DNA from: Amphiscolops sp. MND2022
Lineage: Eukaryota
Direction: 5' to 3'
Assembly (NCBI GenBank): GCA_964187785.1
Contig: OZ076409.1
Coordinates: forward strand, 49,230,001-49,294,000
Length of the DNA: 64,000 nucleotides
Under the pieces are notes generated by a model. The model did not search any database and had not been told where the DNA came from. It saw nothing but the letters and a program-made list of their open reading frames with translations. The position numbers and the translations under genes were made by a program. Positions within the stretch are counted from its first letter, which is position 1. Every line of letters begins with the position of its first letter. Shown here piece by piece: positions 13,845 to 26,828 of this stretch.

Positions 13845-15606
13845 TGCAAGCATAGCTGGCCACTTTTCGTTTTTCGGTACTATGCGATATACCTACTTTG
13901 AAAAAATTTTTCGAATTTTTTTCGGAAAGATTTTTCGATCTTTTTTGCAATTGTCAGTTTTGTGAGGTGTCATGTGAAAAAAATATGTTTCACGAGTATT
14001 GAGGGTGACATATCTGTTCTTTTTTGGACCTTTTGGAACTTATGCTTTTTCCTAATGATAGTAGAATTTACATCTTTCCAGCTTTTTTCCGGTTCTGTGC
14101 GTCTTTCTGAAACTTTCATTTGGTGCAAGGTCGCCCTCGCTTCATGGCTGATTTCAGTTTGAGTAGTTGGTTTGGCACCGTGGGACTTTTCCGAAAAAAA
14201 ACAAAAGTAGGTGTTTTGTTTTTTCCTGTTTGAGAAAAAGTGATTTCCAAGTCTCAGGCGTAATTCTTTTGGTATTTGTTTTGGCTCCAAGAACACGGCA
14301 AACGTTTGAAACTAGTGTCCTTTGCAAGTTGAAGAAACAAGAGCGGGGCGACTAGGCCCGGCCTGTTAAATTATTGCACATAACGTCATCCGAAGTGTCA
14401 AACACTGGAAAAATTTGATAATTTCGACGACTATGGGGTCGATAAGAGGAATTTTGACATGAAACAAAAGGTGTCGTTTCTTAAAAACCTACTAGACACT
14501 GCATTTAGTGGTTGATGATGGATTACAACATTATAACCCAAGCAATTACTCGAAAGTTCTTCGAAAAAAGTATAAAAAATCGCCGGTTTTTATCTTCCTT
14601 CGTGAGTTACTGCAGAAAAGTTTCCCTTTGGGAAGTGTACTCCATACCTAGTGATTCGGCTTGAGCTTACTGAAGATTACTTGTGTGACAAAAAATGCTG
14701 CAGAAGAATTTCACGTTTTCAAGTGAAACTTTTTGAAAGTTGTGCTAATGAACCTTTCCGATATCTTTTCCGATATCTTTTCCGATATCTTTTCGAAACA
14801 CTACCGGTAGCTTCACGTTTCAACCCTGCAGATATGGGTTTTCTGATTAAATGACATTTTCGGCAAAAGATCTAAAATTATGACTATGTTGTCGAAATGT
14901 GAATAACTTTGAAAATTTTGACACTTCGTTGTCAAATTTGAGTGGCTTTACCCTATTTTATTTTCCCACACTGCGTTTTAAATACCCTTTTGTTTGAAAA
15001 TGAGGTCATTGGAAGTTTTATTCTTCCAAAAAGTTCGTGGTTTGGACAAAAAATGAAATTGATTTGTCAAGAAACGTATTTTTGTCGTTTTTTGGTTTTC
15101 GGGGTGTTTTTGAGACCAATTTCAACAAAAACTAGCAGTTATAATCAAAATACACCTAATGGATGCCAAGATTCGTGGTTGTTGAGTTTTTCAAAAAATT
15201 AAGTGCAACTAAGTTCTCAAACATTTCACAAAAGTTTGCAAAAAAAGTTGATTTATCGAAAAATCTACAAAACGTTTTCTAATCTCAAACAAAGGACAAC
15301 TTAAACTGTCAGGAAGTGGGAAAGTGTTTGACTTTTTCACGTTTTGCTGTCAATTTTGGGTCATTTTCCAACCAATTTCTGGAAATATGTTTTGAAAAGC
15401 TTACTGTTATTTGAGTTCAGTCGTTTTTGAACGTGTTCCAACTTTCTGACTCCAAAACAATTTAAAAACTTGAGTTATATTAAAACAAAAAAAGGTTGAA
15501 ACTTTTCTCTGCTTCGACAATTTGGAGTCAGTCTGAAGTGTTTTCGAAGCAAAACGTTGCAACGTTGTCTTCAGAAAGTATATTGGTATTGTCTGCTTTC
15601 GAACGG
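13845..15606 (-). repeat. Composite interspersed repeat, right (inverted) copy, part 1
   Basis: Reverse complement matches ~8430-10175 in order (tatgtgcaataat.taaca; cgcctgagact.ggaaa; tcgcatagt.ccgaaaaa; ttttgcttc.aaaacacttcaga.tgactcc). Confidence 0.7.
14753..14796. repeat. 12-bp minisatellite (CTTTTCCGATAT) x ~3.5
   Basis: Directly visible. Confidence 0.85.
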
Positions 15607-17114
15607 TGTTGCGTATCAATATATAGTACATTCCATAAAAAAACAATAAAAAGTATCGTTTCATCCAATCTTTTGCTATCTAGACACCTAGTGTTCTGAG
15701 TCATGTTTTATTCATGTAATTGTTGAATAATTCCTAAAAGTTTCGGGATTTAGATAATTCATGGTGCCCATAGTTTTTGTCTTCATCTACCTTAAGCAAT
15801 CTTGAGATATAATTTTTGCTTTGCCACTTCTACAACACACGACTACAAAATGAGGTAGAAATCGAAACTATACTTTTTTTATGGTGGCCATAAAGAGGCA
15901 ATATTCGATTCGTCTACAAAAGTTCTTTTGATCAAATTCCTCCAGGCGGCATTTTCGGAAAGCAGATGACGCATCTTCGAAAACCTTTGGAACACCAGAA
16001 ATGACACCCAAATCTCTCGAGAAAAACTTACCAGTAGCCACTTCTACAACACACGACTACACAATGAGATAGAAATCGACGCTATACTTCTTTCATGGTG
16101 GCCATAAAGAGGCAATATTCGATTGTTCTACAAAAGTTCTTTTGATCAAACTCCTCCAGGCGGCATTTTCGGAAAGCAGATGACGCATCTTCGAAAACCT
16201 TTGGAAAACCAGAAATGACACCCAAATCTTCTCTGGAGAAAAACTTGAGTTTGAACCCAAACACAAAAAATCCCCGAAAAATTGTTCGAAATTTGCTCGC
16301 AAAAGAATTCAAAGTGAAAAAGGAAGTAGTAGTTTGGCATGACATTTTGAACAACAGTATTTCCCGTCATGATAGCAACAACTTCCGTGCATCGCCGGTG
16401 ACAGAAAAGATCGAGGTATTGAAAAACCTTCTAAACACACTCAGTGCTCTGGTGTATTGCCACGGTTCTTGTTCTCCTGACATTTTTGAACAATTGAAAG
16501 GCTTAGATGCCGATCTTGACATCAAAGTGTTCAACATTGTCAGAGACTTCATTTCGCCCAAAAAACAAGAAGGATACCGAACTTTTGAAAATTTTCAAAG
16601 CACTGCACCAGAGTCCTGAGCTTGAATTAAAAAATTTGAATTTCTTGCTCCGTAAAGAGAACGATTTCACTGTCATTACTGACAAAAGCCGTCCTAAAAG
16701 GCCAAGTAGGCATAGTCGCGACGTCGTTAAGAGAGCAGCTACTATTTTAGGGTCCCCGTGAAACCCGGATTCTTGTTTGCTGTGGAGACAGTGTCCAGAC
16801 TTCACTGTCTGGTTGAAGTCTGAACAGCCCGTTGTTCTTTCAGAATGGTGTCCAGACTTAATTGTCTGGTTGATACTTTGCAAGCTTTTTCTTCTCATAC
16901 ATCCGACTGTCTCAAAAGAGTCCGAATTTCAATGAACGGTTGAAATTGAGTCAGTAATATTGCTTTAACCCTCCTCATTCACGAACATTAGGCTTTTTTC
17001 GATACTCCAGGCCCCTAATCAACTCTTTCGGAAAGTTAAAATTACATAGTTTGTTCTTTCATTCGTCCCATTCTTTGTCTCATAATCTCTTTGGACTTTT
17101 GGATTTTGTCCACA
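15607..17114 (+). repeat. Putative ~1.5 kb 5' LTR of the degenerate BEL element
   Basis: First ~240 bp homologous to 23990-24232; 3' limit inferred from ...GGATTTTGTCCACA, resembling the ...AGATTTTACA end of the young BEL LTR; internal ~215 bp duplication (15823/16037); no PBS visible. Confidence 0.5.
16215..16761 (+). pseudogene. Frameshifted ORF inside the putative BEL 5' LTR, unknown product (possibly SGNH-hydrolase-like)
   Basis: ORFs 16215-16619 and 16507-16761 join by one frameshift into a globular-looking protein (LSLNPN...VVVWHDILNNSIS...LSALVYC...ALHQ); fold assignment is a guess. Confidence 0.4.
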
Positions 17115-17219
17115 CAACACGTTTTGATTATATCCAAAGTGACCCGATCAATTCCACCGTATCTGAACTTTCAATCTAAAACATCCCGCTGATCTGATTG
17201 TCAAACCAATTCGAAAAAT

Positions 17220-20200
17220 GTGGACCCGGTTCATAATCAAGTTAAAGTGTTTAGAGAGTCGCTAAAAAACTGCAATGGATCTGAACAATTCCAGAAGGAT
17301 CTCGTAGATGCCGTTTACAATTCTGAACGTGTTTTTCGTGTTGAGCGATTGATCGAATGTTGCAACGCATCCTTGACAAAAGCTTTCACAAAGCACGAGC
17401 AACTCCTAGAGCTTGCAAAGAAGTCCACCGAGACCGCTTAAACATCGGTGGACCTCAAAAAAAGGTTGAACGACATCTTCGTGGAAAATGATCAAATCTC
17501 AAAAAAAGCAAGAGATTACTTTGACCAACGTCTACTACCGGACAACTCATCTCAGACTTCACGCCAGACAACGACGATCAAGACTGAGTCTAGCTAAGCA
17601 TCTAGCTCCAACGTGTCAAAGATATCTAGTCAACCACAACGTGATTTCAATTTTGCATAACAGCGACGTGTGGAGATCCAGAAACAAAATGAAGAAACTC
17701 TACGCCTGGGAAAGCAGAAGCAATAAATCCAACTTGAACTTCAAGAACTTAAACTGCAGAAACTGCGGAAGGAACAGGCTCTAAGAAATGAGGAATTGAA
17801 GGAAGAAAACCGTCGGAAGCTTGGCAGAACCTACTTTGGCCAAAATGGAACCTCAAGAAGACTTGTCAGACTCCAACGCCGACCTTCATGAATCTTTGTC
17901 TCGTTTGAGTGCTTCTAACAAAGACAATGAGACAGAGCGGATCCATGATTGGATCAACAACTCTTCTAGCGAAACTGAAGCTAACCTTTTACATAGCAAG
18001 GATGTTCAGCCAACCTTACCGCAAGCAGGCTCTACGGGCACGTTCCAAGAGGTAACTTCTGAAAACCATGTTCAATTGCCTCCACCTCCACATTTTGTAC
18101 CATTGAACGAAACATTGGACTTTTCCAACAGCAATCAGCAACCCTCACTCACAAGTGAGCACTCCATTACCTCTAAGACAACTGATTCACATACAAGCAA
18201 CGCGCACACTACCGAATAGTGTGCCGGCACCGGCCGTCCCAGCGACACCTGTTACTTGGAGAGGAACAGTATTCTACGTACCACATCCAGTTGTTGCCAC
18301 ACAAGCCGTTGCAGAGCTAACGACTCGACCTTCATCTTGGTTCCCAAGTGCGACCGCAGCTCCGTTCTTCCCACCTTCTCTGACCACGGTACCGCCTAAA
18401 AGTTCTGCAAGTCTGACACGGTCTGAAGTCGCGCAACTACTAGCGTTAACTAGGAAAGATCATCTGTCAGAGTGGAAACTGTCACAGTATAATGGAGACC
18501 CTGTTCAATGGCACGAGTGGTTCGAACAGTTCCAGAGCGCCAATGATCCTTAACCTCCTTTCGATGATGCCAAGGTGACGTATCTTAAAACGCTGGTTAC
18601 TGGAAAAGTCAATGTTGTCATAGGTAAGTTTGCCTACTGTGTAGCTATGTACAAAGATGCACTCAAAACTCTTCAGAGTAAATTTGGTCAACCACAGGCT
18701 GTAGTAACTGCATACTTGGACAAACTTGCTAACGTTCCACTCGTGAAGATGCGTAACAGCGAAAGCATCATTAGGAACTCTGCAACAGTGAGTTCGGTGG
18801 TTGGCGTTTATCGGTTCCTTAACCACAACCATGATTTGTCCAGTGCATCACTGCTCAGTCATGCGGTCCAGAAGTTTCCACCGAACATGTATAACAAGCG
18901 GGCCAGTAACAGCAAGCAATTGTTCTTATTGGCTACAGATAAAGAGAGAAAACGAGACAAACAAAACAGCAAGACTTAATAAGACTTGAAAAACAATAAA
19001 CACATTTACTTTCTGTTCTGAACAATATGTCCCTTAATCTCAGTTGTCAAGTGTCTTTTAATCATAACATTATTTCTGTTGAGCAGTAAGTACACTTCCT
19101 AACGCTAATTCACTTTAATTTAAACTAATAATTTTCTCCCTTCAAATTCTTCTTGTTTAACAAAAGTACAAGTATTCACGACGTCTCTTTCCTCAACCTC
19201 CCTCAAACTTCCCTCGAAATTAAACCCAAACTTAAACCCTTCGGGGCCTTGTTTCACCAAAACCTACCATCCTGTCGCCGCCCGTCTGATCCTGTCCCAG
19301 ACTTGATGTCTGTAAGAATCGCAGTTATTACTTGCCTCAGTTACTATAATAACCTTCTGAATCTTGATAAATGTAAGTCGGATCTTTCTTACTCTTTCAA
19401 TTTAAAGTATTTCCAACTGAAAATAATTTTTGCAAACAGGAACAATTTTAGCAAATAATAAACTTAGTAAATTCAGACTTTCATGACAACCGTCCACACA
19501 TCCGAAATAGTGAAAACAGCTAGCTTCTGTGCATCAATGTAGCAACAATAGTCACGGTTGGTAAAATGAAAGAAGCTTGGTCTTTGCATACGGTGAAGCG
19601 CAACCTAGTCCGACCGACACTAATTGAGTTTGATTGGTTCGAAGACAGAGCCGAAGCTCACGAAAGACCGAAAACAGCTTCAGGAAAGACCAAAGGGGAC
19701 GAGAGTACCCAATTTGGTGTAACGAAAAACACGACGACGTCCAAAGTTTCTGCAACGACCTCGATCAACCAACGAAAAACCAACTCCAACGCAAAATCCG
19801 ACAATGTGTCAACAAATTTCGTAGCCTACAAAGAGAAACTCCCTCTGTGCGGAGGAGCAAACTCTTGCTTTTCTTGTTTAAATGACGGTCATTCTTTACG
19901 ACAGAGCCCACAACCGCGAAAATGCATCAAAGAGGGACGCGGAAGCTCCCACAACAGGTTCCGTCATGGGGCCGACCGATTTTTTCCGAACAAGAACCAA
20001 GCTCTTAACAAACGAAATCTAGAGACATCATCCTGCATTGGATCAACAAAGGTTGGCATGCAGGCTGATGAAAGCCGAGCTTGCCGTCTGTTACTGTTGT
20101 TAAGGGTCTTTTGCAAAATACGGAAGTTGAGTTGGATTCCAATAACAACTCTGAGAAAGTGTTAGCTCCTTGCAATTCAACATGTAGTCATTCTTCGATT

Positions 20201-23200
20201 TCCGCAAGGTTAGCGCGCAAACTAAACGTTCGAGGGTTACCTTCAAAATGACCGTACATGGGATCAATTACCATCATGTTGTTTATGCGCAAACGTTGGA
20301 GCTCAATTTGACACCCGGTCATTGAGGTGGCTCTTGCTCCCACTTTGCCATCAAACCGTACGTTAGAGAAGACCGCAGTGGGGGAACCGACACCATCGAC
20401 GTGTACTACCTGAAAACAAGGTATCGTCATTTAGAACTCGTATCTTTGAACAGATACAGCTACGCTGACGTCGTCATGATCCTGGGTCAGGACGTGCTTC
20501 ACTTAATCCGCCCACTTGAGTAATTCGAATCCGACTGTAAGAATGCTACAGTTGCCGTCCGTCTCCAGTTGGGCTGGGTACTGAGTGGACCTCTTCCATC
20601 GACCTCTGGAATATTCTCAACGTGTTTCAAGGCTGTCGCGTCCAACAATGATGCTGATTACGAACTAGGCGACCAACTGCGCAGCTGGTATGAAATGGAA
20701 TCATACGGAGCTTTTAAACAATAGACCCCCGTTCCGCAGCCGATGCGAGAGCGGAGAAGAAGCCTGACTGAACGACATACCACGACGGGTAGCATTATCA
20801 AATGGGTATGTTATGGGCTGAGAATGAGAGTAGTTTGTCGAATAACTACGTTTCGGATTAGTCCAGTTGAAGTCGCTAGAACGCCGCCTCGAGAAAGATG
20901 TTAAGATGAAAGAGCGAAACTCCAAATCCATCCACGATGACCTCTCTAAAAGTTACATAGATCACGTCGACAAAGCTGATTGCTTCAAAGTGAGTAATAC
21001 CCGCTAGTGGTACCTTCCGCACCACCCGGTTGTTAATCCAAACAAACTGAGTAAAGTTCGAGGAGTGGTGAACGGCGCCGCCAAGTTTCCAGGCCATTCA
21101 TTGAATAACTCACCCTTGACTGGACCGGACTTGTTGCAGAGTCTCATCCTCATTTTAATTCAGTTCCAACGGTATCCGTTATCTGCCGACATTGAAGGAA
21201 TGTACCTACAAGTTGGAGTAATTCCAGAGGACAGGCCCTCACTTCGTTTCTTGCGGCGCGAAGACCCAGCATCTGATGTAGCTGTGTTGCAGTATGTCCG
21301 TCATATCTTTGGATTTATAGACTCCCACTGTTGTGCGAACTTTGCTCTGAGGAGAACAGCAACGCACAACCAATCAACGTTCTCTGAAGCCGTTCAAAGT
21401 GTTTCCAGTAATTTTTACGTGGATGACTACCCACAGTCAGGCCCGACGGTTGAAGTAGCAACACGCAAAGCCGAGGATCTAGTGAAACTGCTTTCTTTGG
21501 GAGACTTCAAGTTAACAATGTTCGTTCCAAACGTATCCTCGATCCCAGCGCAAATGGAAACTAATCGAACTCCAGAGCCCAAAGTGGAAGAAATCCCGAG
21601 TGGTGAAGAATCGTCGCATGTGCTTGAGTTGAACTGGAACCACACTACCGATAACCTTGTAGTCAGCCGCGGTACAAACTCTCAGATCAAAGCGACGATT
21701 ACACTAAGGGTATTTTTGAGCCTGGTCTCTTCTGTGTACAATCCAATTTGGCTAGTTGCATCGTATATTATCGAAGGACGCCTGCTGCTCAAAGATATCT
21801 GGAGGCTAAGCGGGCAGCATTGGGCCTGACGCTCAACATAACCAGGACTTTTATGTGCACCGATAGCACTACTGTTCCACAATGGATTCACTCAATCGAG
21901 AAGCAACCGGTCTTCATAGCTAACCGTGTGGCGTTGATATTGGATCTAACTACGACGGATAAGTCGAATTATGCTTATTCGAGCATGAACCCAGCCGATA
22001 CAGGAACTGAAAGTCTGTCAGGATCCGCTCTAGCAGACAGCAATTGGATGAAAGGACCCGATTTCTTGAGAACATCTAAATGGTCCTATGAACAATCCGA
22101 AGTTGAAGAAACCAAACCATGAGTCCAATCTGTTACCAGTACTGGAGATGTCAACTACCATGGTGTCCGCAACTCAGTCTACAATTGCACAAACATTCGA
22201 GTGGCGAAAGTATTACCCATATGAGAAAAACTGCCGTCCTGTTGCTACATGTTACGACTGTCGTACAAGAACAGTCTCTACAGGAGTCCTATTGGTGCAA
22301 TCACAGACCCGGTGGAACTGGAACATGTCCAACAACGACTGCTTTATATAGCCCTATCCGAATCGTTCCCTTCCGAGAAAAATAATCTTTTGAAATCTTC
22401 GCCACTCAGTACAACTTCCCAAAAGCTCAATTTCCCCCTTTATTGAACCGAATGGTTTGATAAGAACTTCTGGACGTTGCCAATTTAACGTTGCCACGTT
22501 TGATGTTAAACATCTCGTTCTGCTAGATGGTCGTCATCTCATGGTGTAACACTCGTCCACAAGAAACATTGCCACCAGTGTCGACTACCTACGAGCTTTA
22601 GTGCAGCAAAGCTTTTTTGCTGTAGTCAAACTGAAAACCACCCTGAGAGCAATTGTTTTGCGCCGCGTAACATGTCGAAATCGAAGAGCCGAAATTTTAA
22701 ATCCAATAATGTCAGGTTTGCCGCAAGAAAGACTCGCTTTCAAAGAACCTCCGTTCTCCAACATGGGTATGGATTATGTTTGACCATTCTTTGTATCTTT
22801 TGAAAGATTTACTGACAAACCATGGGGTTTCCTTTTTACCTGTTTCATGACTCGGGCCGTCCACTCTGAAGTGGTCCCCAGCATGAACATAAGTAGCTGC
22901 GTGATGGGCTGCGTGATACCCATTCGTAATTTGATCTGACAATGGCACAAACTTTGTAGCCAGCGAAAAAAAGCTCATGTACAACATCAACAATCGGATC
23001 CAACAAATCCTCAACGACGCACTGTTGAAAAAATAAAGAACTAAGGGGAAGTTCAACCCCATCATGGAGGTGTTTGGGAGCGCGTAGTCCAAAGTTTCAG
23101 ACACGACTTCTACGCAGTCTTGGGAATTGGTCGCCCGACCAATGAAAGTTTGTCGACAACATTTTGCCTCGTGGAACAATGCATAAATGTTCGACCGTTA

Positions 23201-23615
23201 ACACCCGCGAATACTGACGCCACGGACCTAGACGCGCTTACACCGAACCATTTCGTGTTGGGAACTGCCAGTTCTCCGTTACCGACTACATTTCAGGCCG
23301 AAGTAGACCACTGGAAGCGGTACATTCGAGCGCAAGCGTATTCAGACGTAGTTTGGAATCGGTGTCTCAAGGAGTACGTTCCAACACTCAATCGCCGCTC
23401 GAAACGGTCGCATCCATCTGACTTAGAACTCGAAGCCGGAGATCTAGTTTGGATAGTAGAACCTACTGCTCCAAGAGGACACTATCCACTTGCCAGTGTT
23501 GTCAAGTTAAACTAAGGCACCGATGCCGTGGCTTGGTCAGAGGATGTTAAGACCTCTTCCAGCAATCTGGTCCGTCCACTTGTCAAGCTCTCTCCCGTTC
23601 TTCCTGTTCCTGAAT
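17220..23615 (+). pseudogene. BEL/Pao gag-pol pseudogene (many stops, frameshifts and deletions)
   Basis: See element entry; includes the gag core motif (WKLSQYNGDPVQWHEWFEQF, KVTYLKTLVTGK) and the integrase C-terminal block. Confidence 0.85.
18888..19562. mobile_element. ~675 bp insertion (solo-LTR-like) interrupting BEL gag
   Basis: gag reads QKFPPNM|KEAWS across the insertion (compare QKLPPNMREAWS in the young BEL); flanks AACA/AAAA resemble a 4-bp TSD; starts TGTATAAC. Confidence 0.75.
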
Positions 23616-23691
23616 AAAATAGTTTACAGTTCTCTAATCATTTTGCTTTGAAAACATGTATCTCAAAAACATATAACATTGTTTACACGTG

Positions 23692-23915
23692 TGAGATGCA
23701 GACGCCAGACTGCCAATCTCCAATTGAAGAACTGTCTTAGTTTGAGAGTTGTCTAGTACTTAGTTACAAAAAAGCTCTGAAAGCCTTACTTAGCTGTGAC
23801 TTATTTATGTTAATGTGTTGTTGTAACTCAATATATTCGAGAATCACATATACTATTGTTGAATTGAAGATCCGTATGTTACATCGTTTTACCTTTAGGT
23901 TCAACTATTTTAACA
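23692..23915 (+). mobile_element. Solo LTR (224 bp) in the BEL 3' UTR
   Basis: TG...CA termini with perfect 5-bp TSD ACGTG (23687-23691 / 23916-23920); strand tentative. Confidence 0.8.
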
Positions 23916-23989
23916 ACGTGTTTCCCGAAAGTGGCAAAGAATGAATTTCTATTTGGGTTTTTTCTTCACATCCCTCCGATCCCGGAGGA

Positions 23990-24232
23990 TGATGCGTATC
24001 ATTATATAATACATATCAGAAAGTACAATGAAAAATATCGTTTCATTTGATCTTTTGCTATCTCGAATCTTAATGTTCTGAGTCATGTTTTGTTCTTGTA
24101 ATTTTTACCTAACTCCCAAAAAATGCTGGATTCAGTTGATTCATGGCGCCCGTATTTTGTTAGTTCATCTACTCTAAACAATCTTGAGAAACAGCTTTTG
24201 CTTTGCCACTTCTACAACGAACGACTACAAAA
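23990..24232 (+). repeat. Truncated 3' LTR of the degenerate BEL element
   Basis: Follows PPT-like CCCGGAGGA; homologous to 15607-15850. Confidence 0.75.
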
Positions 24233-24239
24233 CGAGTAA

Positions 24240-25210
24240 AATTGACACTATATTTCTTTTAAACGTTTATCAGCTTCGAACCCTTGATCTCTCGGAATTT
24301 GTATAGAAATTGCAATAAAACGACGAAAATTTAAAACTTTGGAGTTTGCTACATCTTTTGGGTCACTTTGCGGTATTTTTCTATAGCACACTGTACTTAT
24401 GTTTCGGGAAAGGCCTACTGGAACAGCGAATTCTTCCATTTTTAAACAATTTCCCATTCTAGTCCTCGAAGTCTTTCGAAAATTTGACAAAAAAGTATAA
24501 GAATGGTGAAAATCTGAAAATGTTGGTAATTCTGTCTTTTTCTGTGTCATTTCGAGACTTTATTTATTTAAAAAAACACCCATTGTCACTTCACTAAGCC
24601 TAGTGGACAACAAACTCTTTCCTTGTTGACTCTTTTCAACATTCCAATTTACAAAAGCTGATGAAATTTCACAAACATTGCATGAAAACAATAAAAATCG
24701 GGAAATTTTGGATTTTTCACATTTTTAGGGTCATTTTCTTTTCGGAAAACCGCATTCATTTTTTTATAAGAGACTACTGGACAAACATTTGTTGCCTTGT
24801 TGAACGTTTTCAACATTCTAATCCTCGAAGTCAATCGAAACTTTGACAAAATTAGCATAAAACGATAAAAATTGGGAAATTTTGGACTTTTTGTGAATTT
24901 TTGGGTCATTTTCTTCATTCCCAAAAAAGTCCCAATTTCTCTACAAATACATATCGCCCGAAGCTAAAGTTATGTGAATTGAATTCTGTGGGTGACACCC
25001 TTCAATTCGAATATAAATTTGGAACATGGCAAATTTAGTGAAAAAAACGGTTTGATTTAAACATTTTCCTTTTCCATATGGAATATGGTGGACGGAAAAT
25101 AATAATCACAGTCCAGATGTGTGAAAATTTCTTACTTCGAACCAAAAAAATTATTCTGATAAAAGATTTCATCTTTAGATAGGCCAGTTGAGAAATTTTT
25201 TGAAAGTTCA
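24240..25210 (-). repeat. Composite interspersed repeat, right (inverted) copy, part 2 (~180 bp units plus unique block)
   Basis: tgga(a/c)a units at 24420, 24603 and 24777; 25040-25115 is the reverse complement of ~6780-6845. Confidence 0.7.
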
Positions 25211-26192
25211 TTTCAAAACTTCGATGGTTAGGGTAGAAACAGAAATGAACCACGAAAAATAATAATTGCTTGAGAAAGTGAAATTATGTCAAATTTCATG
25301 ATTGAAATTTCAGCAGGGTTGACTAATTCGTGCGCCAATGAGATGACGTAATCATTTTTTGTAGTTTTATTCCATTTTGAGATAATTATTCTTCTTAGAC
25401 GGTGAGTAATGCTCGTTTATCTCTCATTTACTTGATCTTAAGTTATATTTTTAATTTCCAGCATTACGTTTCTTTTTGTAATTTAGTTTCTGTCATTTGC
25501 TTTGTGACAGATACCTAAAAATGACGTAAAACTTTGAGACTGAATACTTTTCAAACAATTTTCAATTAATTTACCTCAACCTAAAGAACTACTCCGTCGA
25601 AGAAATATTTATGTAGACCATTTTTGCACCAATTTATGGAACGGCTAGGGAGAATTTTGAATTCAGTAGTGGCTTTCCGCTGAAAATAAAAAATCACTCG
25701 TTTAGCTTTCAGGTTCGGAGAAATGGCTTTCCAGGCTCCCCAGAGGCGCCAAACGAACACCTCAAACATGTTTATACGGAGAAGTAACATCCCGTGCCAG
25801 GAAATCAAAACTTTTCCTCCATACTTTGCATATGAATTCCTTGAAATACACCGAAATCTGATCAGGCTATGATGATTTCTATGGCGAATAGTGGGGATAC
25901 GACTGAGGAGAAAAGTTCCAGAAAATGTGCTGATATTCTCTGAAATAAGTAACTAATCACTTGAGATGAATCTAAGAAATGATTAGTTATTTTGCACGTA
26001 ATTGGTACTTTTTTTTCCTTTCCCTGCCCTATCTTCGCACTTTTTCCTCAATCGGAACAAACACCAATCATATCACCTAAAGAGCGTCTTCAATAAAGAC
26101 GACGTTTTAACAACGTTATCCTTTGTCATGAAATCACTGAACTCGACTGCATAAAATATTAAATGGACCAAGTTCATGTTGAAAGATTTCGG

Positions 26193-26618
26193 GGCTCTTT
26201 TCTGTTTTCCCCCCACCACAAAAATTTTTGGAAGTAAATTTCTTTAAAAATATTAGACTACCCTAATTAAAAGTAAAACCTTCTTTCACAATGGGAAGAT
26301 AACGTCTATTGGAACGTCTAATGGATTAGTTTTTTACTTGAACAAAACATTGTTCACGCTTTTTGACTATAATTATGTTCGTATTAAGTGTTTATTGATT
26401 ACTCAAAACAGGAAGCTGTTGATTTTTTCATCAAAAATGCGTGACTACATATTGAAAAAATGCGAACAAAGTCTGTATCTGAATCCTAAACTGTCACACT
26501 AAGAATAAATGTAAATTCGAAGCTTTCTGATTTGTATTTAAGTCTTTTTGTTATTAGATTTTCACTAATTTTTCAAAAAATTTTTTGGTGGTGGGGGGGG
26601 GGGCAACAGAAAAGAGCC
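26193..26618. mobile_element. MITE with GG...CC TIRs and 8-bp TSD (Merlin-like)
   Basis: TIR GGCTCTTTTCTGTT...CCCCACCAC / GTGGTGGGG...AACAGAAAAGAGCC; perfect TSD GATTTCGG (26185-26192 / 26619-26626). Confidence 0.85.
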
Positions 26619-26773
26619 GATTTCGGAAAAAAGTTTTAAGTGACGAAAATGTCATTGATGAACACTATAGGGGGTTTTGTACCCCCCAGCACTAGTAAAA
26701 TCTAGTTTCAAGAAGTTTCTGAAGTATCACAGTGCCAAGAATCCAAAACAGGTTGCTTGGGTTACTAATAAAC

Positions 26774-26828
26774 AAAAGCGCCCCAGACAAAAGCGCACCA
26801 GACAAATGCGCCCCTAACAAAAGTGCCT
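26774..26828. repeat. 15-bp degenerate tandem repeat (AAAAGCGCCCCAGAC) x ~4
   Basis: Directly visible. Confidence 0.7.

Larger units (their letters stand above)
15607..24232 (+). mobile_element. Old degenerate BEL/Pao LTR retrotransposon
   Basis: Fragmented gag-PR-RT-RH-IN ORFs 17220-23610 homologous to the element at 32137-37594 (MKEAWSLHTVK, VNGAAKF, LTGPDLL, SADIEGMYLQVG, FYVDD, LTPNHF); PPT-like CCCGGAGGA then TGATGCGTATC at 23990 matches TGTTGCGTATC at 15607. Confidence 0.85.

Noticed and set aside
5977..15600. Many 60-105 aa Phe/Lys-rich ORFs
   Set aside because: They lie in AT-rich repeats, lack motifs and are not conserved between the inverted copies.
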